Positions 13,642 to 25,000 are shown, counted from the whole stretch's first letter. The stretch: 61,594 nucleotides of DNA, filler included, from Jimgerdemannia flammicorona (GCA_003990765.1; 3 parts of 3 records of this genome joined end to end with filler, not necessarily neighbours in it); one strand, 5' to 3'. The notes: generated by a model from the sequence alone, not told the origin. A program made the numbers and translations.

Positions 13642-15591
13642 TTAATCCTCTCCGGCAGAACCGGAGACACCAGAAGGTGATGAAAACGCAAAACGAGAGC
13701 AATGGATTGAAGAAGAAACAGAAGGAAGACGCGAACAAGCAATCAGAGGGCATTGGGAAAGAGGTGAAAGTCCATGGTGTGAAAGAGAAGAGTGCAGGAT
13801 GGTATTAGGGCATTGAGCGACCCAGTGAGCATAATCGAATAGTATGACAAGAATCGGGGGTGGGAAGGAAGAGGGGGTATGGAGAGAGTAAGGGGGGAGA
13901 GAGGGAAGGGAGGGGGGATAAAGAGAAGAGAGTAGGGTAGAGTGAACAACAGACCATTCAACAGAAGCAAGCAGATCACGAACGATAGAAATAGGGTAGG
14001 CACGATAATGGACCACGAAATTGCCGAGAACCCGAACAGCAGACACCCAATCAGAATGATGGGAGCAGTATAATACAAGACGACAAGCCTCACCCTGAAC
14101 GCATTCAAGAAGAGTGTGACGAGGATGATTGGACAAGAAGTCAGAGAACTGTTGGGAATGGGGAAAACGAGAATAAACAACAGTTCAGAAAGGAGAAAGA
14201 GAGATGGAAAGGTCCAAGAAGGAAATATTAGTCATACTGCACACCCAGGTAATAGAATGGTGGGGAGGGTAGACACCCAGGAATACACTAGGGATATCAA
14301 TACCAACAACAGCGAAGATAATAAAGTCATCAATGTATCGGCGAAAGAAGATATCCCCAGCCTGGAATACAATGGAAAGAGATGAAGTAATATCACGTAA
14401 TGCACATAATTCGTGGGCCAGGCCAATGAGGTTGGCAAGGGTGGGGGCACAATTCATTCCCATGGCAATACTAGAAGTCTGGTGAAAGGAGCCAAGGGCC
14501 GACTCAAAATAATTAGAGCTGCAGACAAGGAGTGTAAGCTTGACAATAGAAGCCAATGAAACCAGGAAATCCAAAGGAAAAACAATGGAACCCAGGAAGT
14601 GAAGACAAGCATCAATCTCATCAAAATGAATAGCAGTATAAAAAGAGGAGAAGTCACCAGAGGCCAAGTGGGAAAAATGATGAGCAGGCACAATGGTGGA
14701 GCAGAGAAGGGTGAGCTCCTGAGTATCATGAAGAATGGTATACTCAGGCCCAAGATGGTATTATAAGAGAGCCATTCAGGAGAGAAAGAAGCAGGATAAC
14801 CACTTCGAAATCTTGGTGGTAGGAGAACTGTAAGTAGCTATAATAGGACGCCAAGCCAAAGTAGGCTTGTGAACTTTAGGAAGAGCATAGAAAACTGGAA
14901 GAGAAATATCTGGGGAGGACAAAGAGTCCTGGAAGAAGTTAAAAATGGGGTTTGCAAATGGTGAATCCGAAAGCAATCTAGCATGAGCCAGAGAAACCCA
15001 AAGAAGAGTGAGAACCTCATCCAATCCAAGAGCACTAGGCTCGTAAGCCATGGCTCGAAGGAGGGCAGAAAGGCCATCAAGGTAGAGCAACTTAGGAATA
15101 AGTGCAAAACCCTGATTCTTATCAGTGACTGTGAGCAAATGCATAGGCAATTGCTTGACCGATTTAAGCGCAGTATGCATGGCACGGTCCGAAATCAAGC
15201 AAGAGTGAGCACATCTGGGAATGGACAGTGAGCAAGCCATGTCGAGGAATATGCAGTGTGAAGAGACATTGGGAGGGGGGACCCAATCACTAGGAACAAA
15301 ATAGTGAGAGAGCATCTCACCATGATCTTGAAAGAAAATGGCAAGGTCAAGAGCACAATGAAAACATGTGAGACGAGCCAGATCAGTGAAGGAGAATTGT
15401 GAGGGAGTCGCAGGAAAAACAAAGCGAGGACCCAAGGATAAGGCAAAGACTTGAAGGGGAGAAAGGGGGCAGTCAGCCGAAGAAAAAAAAGGAGACAATA
15501 GAGTTTCAAGAGAAGAATAAACCCGAAAGTTTGGGACAAGTAACTGGGAAAGACAAAGAGGGGACAATATGAGGAACCACTCAGGGTGCAC
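13642..15591 (-). pseudogene. PLE-B reverse transcriptase (single frame with a few premature stops), no endonuclease domain
   Basis: ORFs 14776..15591, 14185..14691 and 13642..14136 are in the same frame: TDKNQG, FYALPKVHKPTLAWRPII..SPTTKIS, DFSSFYTAI, IAMGMNCAPTLANL, FFRRYIDD, ISFLDL, SNHP..GEACR..CS, RAYP. The frame ends soon after the thumb with no GIY-YIG. Confidence 0.9.
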
Positions 15592-15656
15592 CAGAAGTGA
15601 TGATAGAATCCAAGAAGGGATGGGGACACTGGGGGAGAATCATGCCGGGGGGAAGT

Positions 15657-16900
15657 TTAAGAGCAAGAGGCCTTCCCCTTCCCTCTGACTTTTTTTGAAG
15701 GTGGCGAGCCCAACGAATGGGAGCACACCCCATCAGAGTGCCAGACCTTGTGGCCACAGGCTTTCATGCAGCCCTTACATTCAGGGGCATGGGTAGAGGA
15801 GGCAGAGGAGGAACCGGTAGAGGAGGCTGAAGGCAAGTGAGCAGCCGAAGGGACAGCAGTGCAAGAAATACCACCATGAGGACAGACAGACTTGGCTGGG
15901 TGCCAGTAGGCATAGTGGAGGCGACTGGAGCAGACAGCGCAAGGCCAGGCCCCGACAGGGTGGAAACCAAGTTGGCAGCCATGCTTGGGGGCAGGGGGAA
16001 TGGAGGAGGAAGCCTTGGCGGGGGAGGGGGACCAGGAAGAGGCCAACGAAGCCTGATTGGGCTTGGTGGGGGTCTTGGTGGGGGTCTTGGAGGGGGCCTT
16101 GGTAGTGGCAGCGGCAAAGGAACAAACCTCAGTATGAGCAGCAGCACGAGCTTCGGCACGGATGGCCTTGGAGACCGAAACCTCGGGGGAGGTGGGCAGG
16201 GGAGCAGTAGCAGCAGTGCAAGCAGTGGCGGCAGTACATGATGACTCCTGCTCATGAAGGTGAGCAACAAAAGAGGTGCCAGCGAGGAGGAAATGACGCA
16301 CAGTGTCAATGTCGGCAGTGACAGAAGGAACGTCTTGGATGGCGAAGCCACAGAAGGGAGCAGTATCCGAAAGGCGGGAGGAGGCGAAGGCCACAAAGGC
16401 AGCACAGGCACATTGGAAGGAGATGGAAGTGGCAGCAGCAGAAGCAGCGATGGCATCAGCAGCGGTGAGTTTGGCAGCAGCAGTGGCAGCGTGAACCTCT
16501 TCAGAGAGGGCTTGGTGGTAGGCTTCAGGGAGAATGGAGTAGTGGATGGCAGGCAGAGCGACAACATCGACGTCACGCAGAGATGAGCCTCCTTGGCAGA
16601 GAGGGCAAGAACTGACTGGAATTGAGAGAGAAGTGGATGACCAGAGGGACAAAGGTCTAAGGGGAGAGAGAGGATGGCAGACGAGACATAAGACTCAAAT
16701 GAGACAGTGGCAGGGGTGAAGGCAGGGGGAGGAGGAGGAGGAAGTGTCTCATCTATGAGCTCGTCGACGAGGATGGAGGCCCCGAGGGCAGGCCGTACAG
16801 CAGAGGAGGAAGAAGGCCCAGCGGGAGCCAAGAGAGCAAACCCAGAGCCAGTGTCAAAGTAAACAGAAGATATGTGGAAGAGCATGTATAAGAGGGACAA
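15657..16900 (-). pseudogene. PLE-B ORF1: Ala/Pro/Ser-rich protein with two C-x2-C-x8-WH-x4/5-C motifs
   Basis: ORF 15657..16652 contains CAVCSSRLHYAYWHPAKSVC and CKGCMKACGHKVWHSDGVC; the N-terminus probably lies in the 15764..16900 frame (frameshift). Confidence 0.7.
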
Positions 16901-17625
16901 ATAAAGAATGTAACTGAAAATGCATCAGCCATTTATTGCCATGTAAAAACACAGTTCTTATATACAAAATATGACATTCCAAAAGGGAGGACACACCACA
17001 ACTCAGAGCAAACCGAATTAGGAACCACATGACCACCAGAGATAAGCAGAGATAAAGGGGGAGCCAATCCCAGTTGCAGGATAAAAATCACAAACAAACA
17101 CAAACAAAACAAATCCAAATCGAGATTAAAAAACATCTGCAGACCCCAGAGGGGTGAGTACGAGCAAGGGGTGAGGCCAAAATGGAGCGAGCTGCAGCAA
17201 GCCTGAGTAAAGTGAGGGGCTGAAGGCAGTGGAGGGGAGCGGAGTGAGGCTGAGACCCCAGAGTGAGCACGAGACCCCGGAGGGGGCAAGGATGTTTTTT
17301 AATCTCGATTTGGATTTGTTTTGTTTGTGTTTGTTTGTGATTTTTATCCTGCAACTGGGATTGGCTCTCTCTTTATCTCCACTTATCTCCGGCAGTCATG
17401 TGGTTCCTAATTCGGTTCACCCCGAGTTGTGGTGCATCCTCCCTTTTGGGACATCATATTTTATATATAAGGACCACATTTTTATGTGGCAATAAATGGC
17501 TGATACATTTTCGGTTACATTCTTTGTTTGTCCCCCTTATACACGCTCTTCCACATATCTTCCATTTGCTTTGACACTGGCTCTGGGTTTGCTCCCTTGG
17601 CTCCTGCTGGGCCTTCTTCCTCCTC
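16803..17625. repeat. Inverted pseudo-LTR pair (~335 bp arms, 153 bp loop)
   Basis: 16803-17137 is the reverse complement of 17291-17625. Confidence 0.95.
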
Positions 17626-17627
17626 TT

Positions 17628-17661
<34 letters not shown>

Positions 17662-18289
17662 TCTAAAAATCTAAACAAAAAAAAAATAGTATCTAATAAT
17701 CTTTGAACTTACATTAAATCCATTTCTGACCATTTTGAGATATGAATAATATAATTAGCAAAACTGTTATTTTGTTGAATAATAAAATCATTAGAATAGA
17801 TAATAACTATAAGAAATATAAAAAACAAAAAAAAATTATATGATTAAATAATTTATTTAGCTATCTAATCTCTAACTACTATCTCTCTTACTACTACCTC
17901 TCTAGCCTCCACCAGTCTGGCTACTGTCAGCTTGATTACTATTACTACTAGTCTGACTACTATTACTGCTAGCTCAGCTACTATTAGCTTAACCATAGCT
18001 CTAAAGCAAAGAGATCATCTCTATAAAGATTGTTTTAATTATAGACAATAAAACTTGTCTTACTTTTTCCAAGATCTGCCAATACTTGAATTTATTGATC
18101 TCTGACCTCTCTCTAAGAAAGAGACTATATAATAACTTTTACTAGACTACTGTTACTACTGCTAGAAGAAATGCAGATAAATACTGATCATATTACTATA
18201 TATATTAGATTGCTATATATATATATAATAGTAAATAAAAATACTATATAATAACAAATAGTTAATATATTATCTTATATTGTACCTTT

Positions 18290-18429
18290 TAGATTAAATC
18301 TTAATTTGATTTAAATCAAATTGAATTAGACCTCAATTCAATTTAAATTCAATTTAATTTGAATTCAATTTGAATCCAAAAATTCTCATTTAATTCAATT
18401 TGAATTAATTTGATTTATTTGAGAGTACT
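18290..18429 (+). mobile_element. Probable decayed right end of a hAT element related to the MITE at 19654
   Basis: AT-decayed aattcaattt repeats ending ttgatttatttgagagtacta, resembling the MITE end ttgactcgttaggagcacta after C->T/G->A changes. Confidence 0.45.
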
Positions 18430-18859
18430 AGATGAGTTCAATTTAACTTTCTCTAGTATATCTAATATCTTCTTCAATATTACTCTATCTATAATCTTAT
18501 TAAGATCTTGTATTTTCTCAATCTATCAATTATCTTATAATATCTCACTTATATTACTTTTAATCTTTATCAATAGTAGCTCTATTATGTATCTCATTAT
18601 AAAGTCTGTTACTTTTCCGAAATCTCTCTCAATATTTCCTCAGTCTTTATTACCTCCTCACTATTATCTTACTGAACAACAGATCAACTTTATCTTATCT
18701 TCTATATCTTTAGTACTTTAGTTAAAAACTTTGTTGACCTCTGATCTTCTTCTATTCTATAAGTTTACAATCTTATCAGCAAACTATCTATTATACTATT
18801 CACATCTGTCTTCAACTCAGTCTGCATCATCTTAACTTCTTTTATCAGCTTAACCAATC
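18430..18859 (-). mobile_element. LINE fragment (endonuclease-RT linker), probable continuation of the LINE at 28054-30958
   Basis: Translates to a helical linker with an EEDQRSTKFL-like remnant; reads across as LERL|VKLIKE with CAATC at 18855-18859 and 28054-28058. Confidence 0.55.
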
Positions 18860-19021
18860 TACTGTAACAGACCAAAACATACCATCTGAATTATAACTTA
18901 GCCAGATGATATAAACAATTAGCATATTTACTCAGCATAATGTGACTTCTAGTATATCATAGTTACCCATATCTACTATACTTATAATTAGCCAAGATAC
19001 CAGATAAGGATTGTTTATCTG

Positions 19022-19133
19022 TATCCTGAGGACACACTCATATCCTGTGGACACACTCATATCCTGTGGACACACTCATGTCCTGCAGACACACTCATAT
19101 CCTGAGGATACACCTGTATCCAGAGGATATACC
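19022..19133 (+). repeat. 19-bp tandem repeat (TATCCTGTGGACACACTCA), about 6 copies
   Basis: Read directly from the sequence; head-to-tail, no spacers. Confidence 0.9.
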
Positions 19134-19653
19134 CAAACATTACCAGAAGTAGTAAATCTATAGTTAGCCACATAGCAATCAGATAGCATCCAACTTGTAT
19201 AAATTACCCCAGAGACAAGAGTGAATAAACCTCAGTCCGAAATTGAATCCAAAAGCAAAAGTCAAGTCTGCCTACCACACTTCAAGAAGAACTCTACAGC
19301 TACTGTTAGGAGATTGTGAGCATTGGTCCCCTTTTCCCACTCTGGTCCACTTTCTGATACAAAGCTGATTTTGACACCAAGTTTGAGTGAAGAACTTTGC
19401 CACCCTTTGAAGAGAAACCTGCCACTTAAGAAATAAGCCACGCTATTGGTACACTTGCCAGATAAGCCTGAAGAACTCAAGTTATCACTGCCATTCTTGC
19501 CACAAGCCAGTCTTTCTGACACAACTTCGCAGTGGAGCCAGTCTATGATATAACTCTATGCAAATGAAGCCAGTCTTTGACAAAACTTACCAAGAATCCT
19601 AGTTAATTCTCAGTTGAAGCCGCCGATTCAGGAGAATCCGCATCATCTGCCGT

Positions 19654-20232
19654 TAGTGCTCCGAACGAGTCAATCCGGATGGGATTCGGATGGATTCGAA
19701 TCAGATTCGAATCGGATTCGAATCGGATTCGAATCAACCATTGTTTTGATTTCCAAATTAGACAATTAAATGTTTACATCAATAACTTGATGAATAATCA
19801 TCCAAATTTGATGATCTTGGTGTCATTTGAAAGCCCTTAATAAGGCCTTTCTAATGATACCAAGAACATTAAAATCGGATAACGTGTTGCTGAGATGTTA
19901 AGGAAAACGTTCCATTTGACGAAATTTCCAAAATCGGTGATTCAGACGTTTTCCTTCATAACTCAGCAACGCATGATCCGATTTCAATGTTCTTGGTATC
20001 ATTAGATAGGCGTTATTAAGGGCTTTCAAATGACACCAAGGTCATCAAATTTGGATAATTATTCATCAAATTATTGATGTAAACATTTAATTGTCTAATT
20101 TGGAAATCAAAACAATGGTTGATTCGAATCCATCCAGATGGGATTCAAATCCCATCCGAGTTGATCTGGATGGGATTCAATCCGAATCAATCTGAATCCA
20201 ATCCGAATTAAATTGACTCGTTAGGAGCACTA
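19654..20232. mobile_element. hAT-type MITE, almost fully palindromic
   Basis: TIRs TAGTGCTCC(G/T)AACGAGTCAAT; 8-bp TSD TCTGCCGT at 19646-19653 and 20233-20240; subterminal GATTCGAATC repeats; long internal inverted arms. Confidence 0.9.
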
Positions 20233-20465
20233 TCTGCCGTTTCTAAGTTAACTGCCATATTCCCAGTTGAAGCTGCTAATTCAGAAAGAATCCATGCCAT
20301 TGTATTCCTAGAAGAATCCGATTCAGAAGAACTCATGCCATTTGAGTAGTATTTCCAGAGAGCCTGCTGATTCAGGAGAATCTACATTGTCTGCCTTCTT
20401 CGAGTTATCCATATTCCCAGAGAATCTCACTGAATCCATGATATGCGAATTGCTTATTCCCAGTG

Positions 20466-20565
20466 NNNNNNNNNNNNNNNNNNNNNNNNNNNNNNNNNNN
20501 NNNNNNNNNTTAATTAATTAANNNNNNNNNNNNNNNNNNNNNNNNNNNNNNNNNNNNNNNNNNNN
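20466..20565. other. Assembly gap with TTAATTAATTAA linker
   Basis: N-run with a central linker, same design as the gap at 41031. Confidence 0.97.
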
Positions 20566-21450
20566 GTCCAAAGCTTCATTAGTGTAGTTGACACCAACTT
20601 TGAAGCCAATCAATGGACCAATGAGCGAGTTGCTGACTGCATTCTGACAAACAATCAAGACCACACCCTGGAACAACTCTTTGCTACAACTATAGCCTAT
20701 GTCCACCGAGTTGTTACATTCTTCTGAGGACCTGCCGAAGAATAGTGGCGAACCCTTCCTGAAAAGCCCCTCACATGGGATACCCGACCTGCAGTAGTTA
20801 CTCAAAATGCAGCAAACAATGCCCCAGGATATGGAGCCCATCCTGCAGCCCCTGGACTCAAACAACTCATGATTGCTCAATACTGCAGTGAAACCATGAT
20901 TGCTGAATCTCGAGTAAAACTCCGCAACCTCAAATTTGATATACATGGCAAAGAAGAATTCGAAACCTTCTGTACAAAACTCGAGTCACTCCTGAACACT
21001 GTTGGCCTAGGATACATTGCCAATGATGAAGCATGAAATGGTATAAGAGCAGACCATCTATTCGACGTACTGCCTGAATAGCTTACTAGAAAAATCCGAG
21101 AACAAGGCCGCCCAGTTGGTTGTGATCACCAACAATGGTGCCTGGTAAGAATCAAGACCATGGTCAAGCAAATTCTAACAGCTGGACCAATTCTGCCTCA
21201 AAGGCAATTCAACAACAAGGAAAGAACTTGGACCAAGAAAGAAGAACCCAAGCATGAAGCATCCCGAGCTCCCTCCACATCCACCTCTTGGACACCCAGA
21301 AATCCTGAACCCACCCAGCCCAGTACCTTCAAGAAACTTACTGAAGGTAAACGAAATGAACTTCGAAGAAGTGGAGCATGCTTCTATTGCCGAAAGACAG
21401 GACACATGGCCAGTGCCTGCCCCAACCGAAAACCCCAAACAGCAACATGA
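20566..21450 (+). pseudogene. gag: Gag (partial) with CCHC zinc knuckle
   Basis: KLTEGKRNELRRSGACFYCRKTGHMASACP in ORF 21160..21450; upstream part disrupted. Confidence 0.85.
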
Positions 21451-21498
21451 GCAACTGTTACTACTCTATACCACCTCAACAACCTGACCACCAGAACA

Positions 21499-21906
21499 CT
21501 AGACTTTGTCAAGTTAAGACAAACTGCTAAGGCCCCAACCAAAGGAAGTCAAAAAGCAGCCGGATATGACCTGTATGCAGCCGAAGAAGCTATAGTTTCC
21601 AACCGAGAAGTCAAACAAGTCTATACAGGAATCAGTATCCAAATCCCTGAAGGACATGTTGGAAGAATATGCTGTCACAGCAGCCTAGCGCTGAAAGGAC
21701 TCTCAGTAGAAGGAGGAGTCATTGACGAAGATTATACAGGCGAAATCATTGTTCTCATCCGAAATCACAGTTGGACACCCTTCAAGATCCCTATTGGCTT
21801 CTGCATCGCCCAGATCCTATTCGAAAAAATCGAGTCAACCCTGATAGTTAAGGAAGTCCCTGAACTACTACCCACCATCTGAGGATCCAAAGGATTTGGC
21901 TCATCA
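21499..21906 (+). pseudogene. dut: dUTPase domain of the polyprotein
   Basis: Manual translation in frame with gag and pol: AAGYDL, GRICCHSSLA, GGVIDEDYTGEI, IAQI, *GSKGFGSS, matching the five trimeric dUTPase motifs; the motif-5 Arg codon reads TGA at 21880. Confidence 0.93.
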
Positions 21907-22023
21907 AACAAGACCCCAGCCCAACCTACTGTGAGCAAAGAAGAACAATTCTACAAGAAGATAGAAGATGGATATGTACCAAGTAGCCGATGCCCTCATG
22001 GTATTAGAATGTACTCTTCCTGA

Positions 22024-25000
22024 ATGATTGATGATTGCTTCTCTTGTGTCAACGAACTGGCTCAAAGAAGAACCAACAGAAGAAAGGCTCCTACAACCGA
22101 AATCACCACCATTGGATCAGACAAACTGCTCACCCTTAAGGCTTTTGTCAATGGAGCACCTGTCAAGATCATGATAGACAGTGGGGTCTCAGGCAATTTC
22201 ATCAATGAGGAGATAGCCAACAGACTCAAGGTCTTCACCTCCCCAGTACAGCAAACTCAAGCAGTTGCTACAGCTGATGGAACCTCACATGTTATTAGCA
22301 AAGAAGTCCACAATCTATCCTTTCGAATTGGTGACTACCAAGTACATGTTACCCTCCAAATTGTACCACTTCCTGACAATGAAATCATCCTTGGAACTCC
22401 ATGGTTAAAACAAGAAAACCCCATGATCGATTGGGTAAACCATTCTCTGACCATCAAGAAAGGATGCCACAACTTCAAACTACAAGGCAAGAAGGACCCA
22501 CTCAACTCTAGTGACCCTGGACCAAAGATCACCCACATCAACAAGCTACAACTCAAGAAATTGGCCAGGAAATGCCCTCTCTTCGCTATCTCCATCCGCC
22601 CATCCAAAGGAGAACCCGAGAACTCTGAAGAAGATTTTTCCAAAGTTGACAACCATGTCAGACCACTACTCCAGAAATTCCGAGACATATTCCCAAAGAA
22701 GCTCTCGAAAGACCTACCTCCCAAACGAGCAGTAGACCATGCAATCAAAACTATCCCAGATGCCAAACCAGCCTTCAAGTCAATCTATCACATGTCTCCG
22801 AGAGAAATTGATGCACTCAAGAAGGAAATCGATGAACTCCTAGAACAAGGATTCATCCGACCCAGCATATCACCCTATGGTGCACCAGTCCTCTTTGTTG
22901 TTAAGAAAGGAGGAGACCTACGAATGTGCATTGACTACCGTGATCTCAATGAACAGACCATCAAGAACTGTTGCCCACTACCGAGGATCGATGAAATATT
23001 CGATAGACTTACCAACCCACAATTCATGAGCTCTTTTGACCTGCGAAATGGTTACTGGCAAATTGCCATGAAAGAAGAAGACATCTACAAGACAGCTTTC
23101 CGAACTCGCTATGGACACTTCGAGTTCCTGGTTATGCCCTTTGGCTTAACTAATGCTCCAGCAACCTTCCAGACACTGATGAATACCATTCTGCATCCAT
23201 ATCTGGACAAATTCGTTATTGTCTACATTGACGACATCCTAGTCTTCAGCAAAACCCTAGAGGAACATCTTGAACACCTTGAACTAGTACTACTGAAACT
23301 CCGAGAAAACCAACTCTTTGCAAAACTCAGTAAGTGCGAATTTCTTCTGAAAGAAATTCAATTCCTTGGACACATTGTCACTCCAAATGGAATCAAAGTG
23401 GACCCTAGTAAAATCTCTGCAATCAAGGATTGGCCCAGACCCAAGAAGCTAAAAGACCTCCAGTCATTCCTGGGATTAGCAAACTATTACAGGCGATTTG
23501 TGGCCAACTTTGCTAAAATCGCTACCACCCTCACCCAAATGACCAAGCACAACAAGAAACAAGAACAACCCTGGACCATGAAACAAGAGAAAGACTTCAA
23601 CAATCTTGTAAATTGGGGACCCAAACAAGATACTGCTAAAAGATGCCCTGATAACCACACCAGTACTTCAAGCAGCAAACCCTGCCCTACTATATGAAGT
23701 CACCACTGATGCCTCTGACCTAGCTCTTGGAGCAGTGCTCATGCAAGAAGGACACCCTGTAGCCTATCACTCCAGCAAGGTCAATAATGCCGAAATCAAC
23801 TACGCAACTCACGAAAAGGAAATGCTAGCCATCGTAGACACTCTGATCAAATGGCGACCATATCTAGAAGGAGCACACTTCACTGTATTGACCGACCACA
23901 AGTCATTAGTCAACATCAAGACCCAGGCTACTCTTTCTCGAAAGCAAGCCAGATGGATGAAAGTCCTCACCAACTTTGACTACAAAATTCAGTACTGCCC
24001 TGGTAAGGAAAATATTATTGCTGATGTAATCTCCAGACCACCAATCGAAGAGGTTATCCAAACCCTGACCTTGGTTACCAACACTATCATGGAACAAATC
24101 ATTGCAGCATGTATTGATGATAAAGAAGCTCAAGCACTCCGAGAAATCCTGAACAATGATGATGCTGACAAGCATACCAGGTACAATTAATACCAACTCA
24201 AGGACAATGTGATCTACTACAAGGACAGATTGTATGTCCCAAACAACCAAGACCTCCGAAGGACTATCCTATTCGAATGTCATGATGCCCCTATAGCTGG
24301 ACATTTAGGATTTGATAAATGTTATGAAGTTATCTCCCGAAACTTCTATTGGCCCCGCATGGCAGATCAGCTCAAAACCTACATTACTTCCTGTGATGCC
24401 TGCCAAAGAAACAAGTCCTCAACACTAGCAAAACCCGGCTTACTCCACCCTATTCCAGTACCATCTGCAAATTGGGAATAAATCTCTATGGACTTCATTG
24501 TACAACTACCCCGAACCAAGAATGGAAAAGATACAATTGTTGTCTTTGTGGACTATCTCAGCAAACAAGCCCACTTTGTGCCTACTACCACTACTGCAAC
24601 AGCACCAGACATAGCCACACTCTTGTTTGATAATATCTTCCACTATCATGGTCTTCCTAAGATCATTGTTAGTGACCGAGATCCAAATTTTACCAGCCAC
24701 TTTTGGAAAGCCCTCTATGTGTACCTTGGAACAAAACTTGCACTATCCACAGCCTTTCACCCCGAAACTGATGGCCAAACTGAAAGAATGAACCGAACTC
24801 TGGAACAAATGCTAAGGAACTATGTTTCCTATAGACAAGACGATTAGTATGAACACCTCACTGCAGTTGAGTTTGCCTACAACAACAGCAAGCAAGCCTC
24901 TCTTGGAATGACTCCATTCTTCGCTAATACTGGACAAAATCCAAACACCCCATTGACACTTATCCGAACTACTGAAGAACCCTCCACAGTCGAAGCCATT

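Larger units (their letters stand above)
13146..17625 (-). mobile_element. Penelope-like retroelement family B with direct and inverted pseudo-LTRs
   Basis: 13146-13647 is directly repeated at 16803-17304; 16803-17137 is inverted at 17291-17625; ORF1 and a PLE RT lie inside. Confidence 0.9.
18863..20465 (+). mobile_element. LTR-like sequence (starts TGTAAC), truncated by assembly gap
   Basis: TG start; TATAAA and AATAAA core at 19192-19235 closely resembles the core of the solo LTR at ~46466-46512 (minus strand). Confidence 0.55.

Noticed and set aside
13146..13647. Canonical hammerhead ribozyme expected in PLE pseudo-LTRs
   Set aside because: No CTGANGA...GAAA core with compatible stems was found by eye in family B; mutation could obscure it, so an Infernal search is needed.
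15781..16586. Gly/Ser-rich and other overlapping ORFs
   Set aside because: Shadow frames of the GC-rich PLE-B ORF1.
18855..18870. 18863 as the 5' LTR of the Gypsy element, given CAATC on both sides
   Set aside because: The sequence after CAATC (TACTGTAACAG) does not match the 3' LTR start (TGTAAGCGC), and a gap intervenes; the relationship is unresolved.
19022..19133. Short repeat arrays (also 44956-45245) as possible CRISPR
   Set aside because: Head-to-tail tandem units without unique spacers, no cas genes, eukaryotic TE context.
20510..20521. TTAATTAATTAA palindrome within Ns (also at ~41075)
   Set aside because: Artificial scaffold linker with stops in all frames; not biological.
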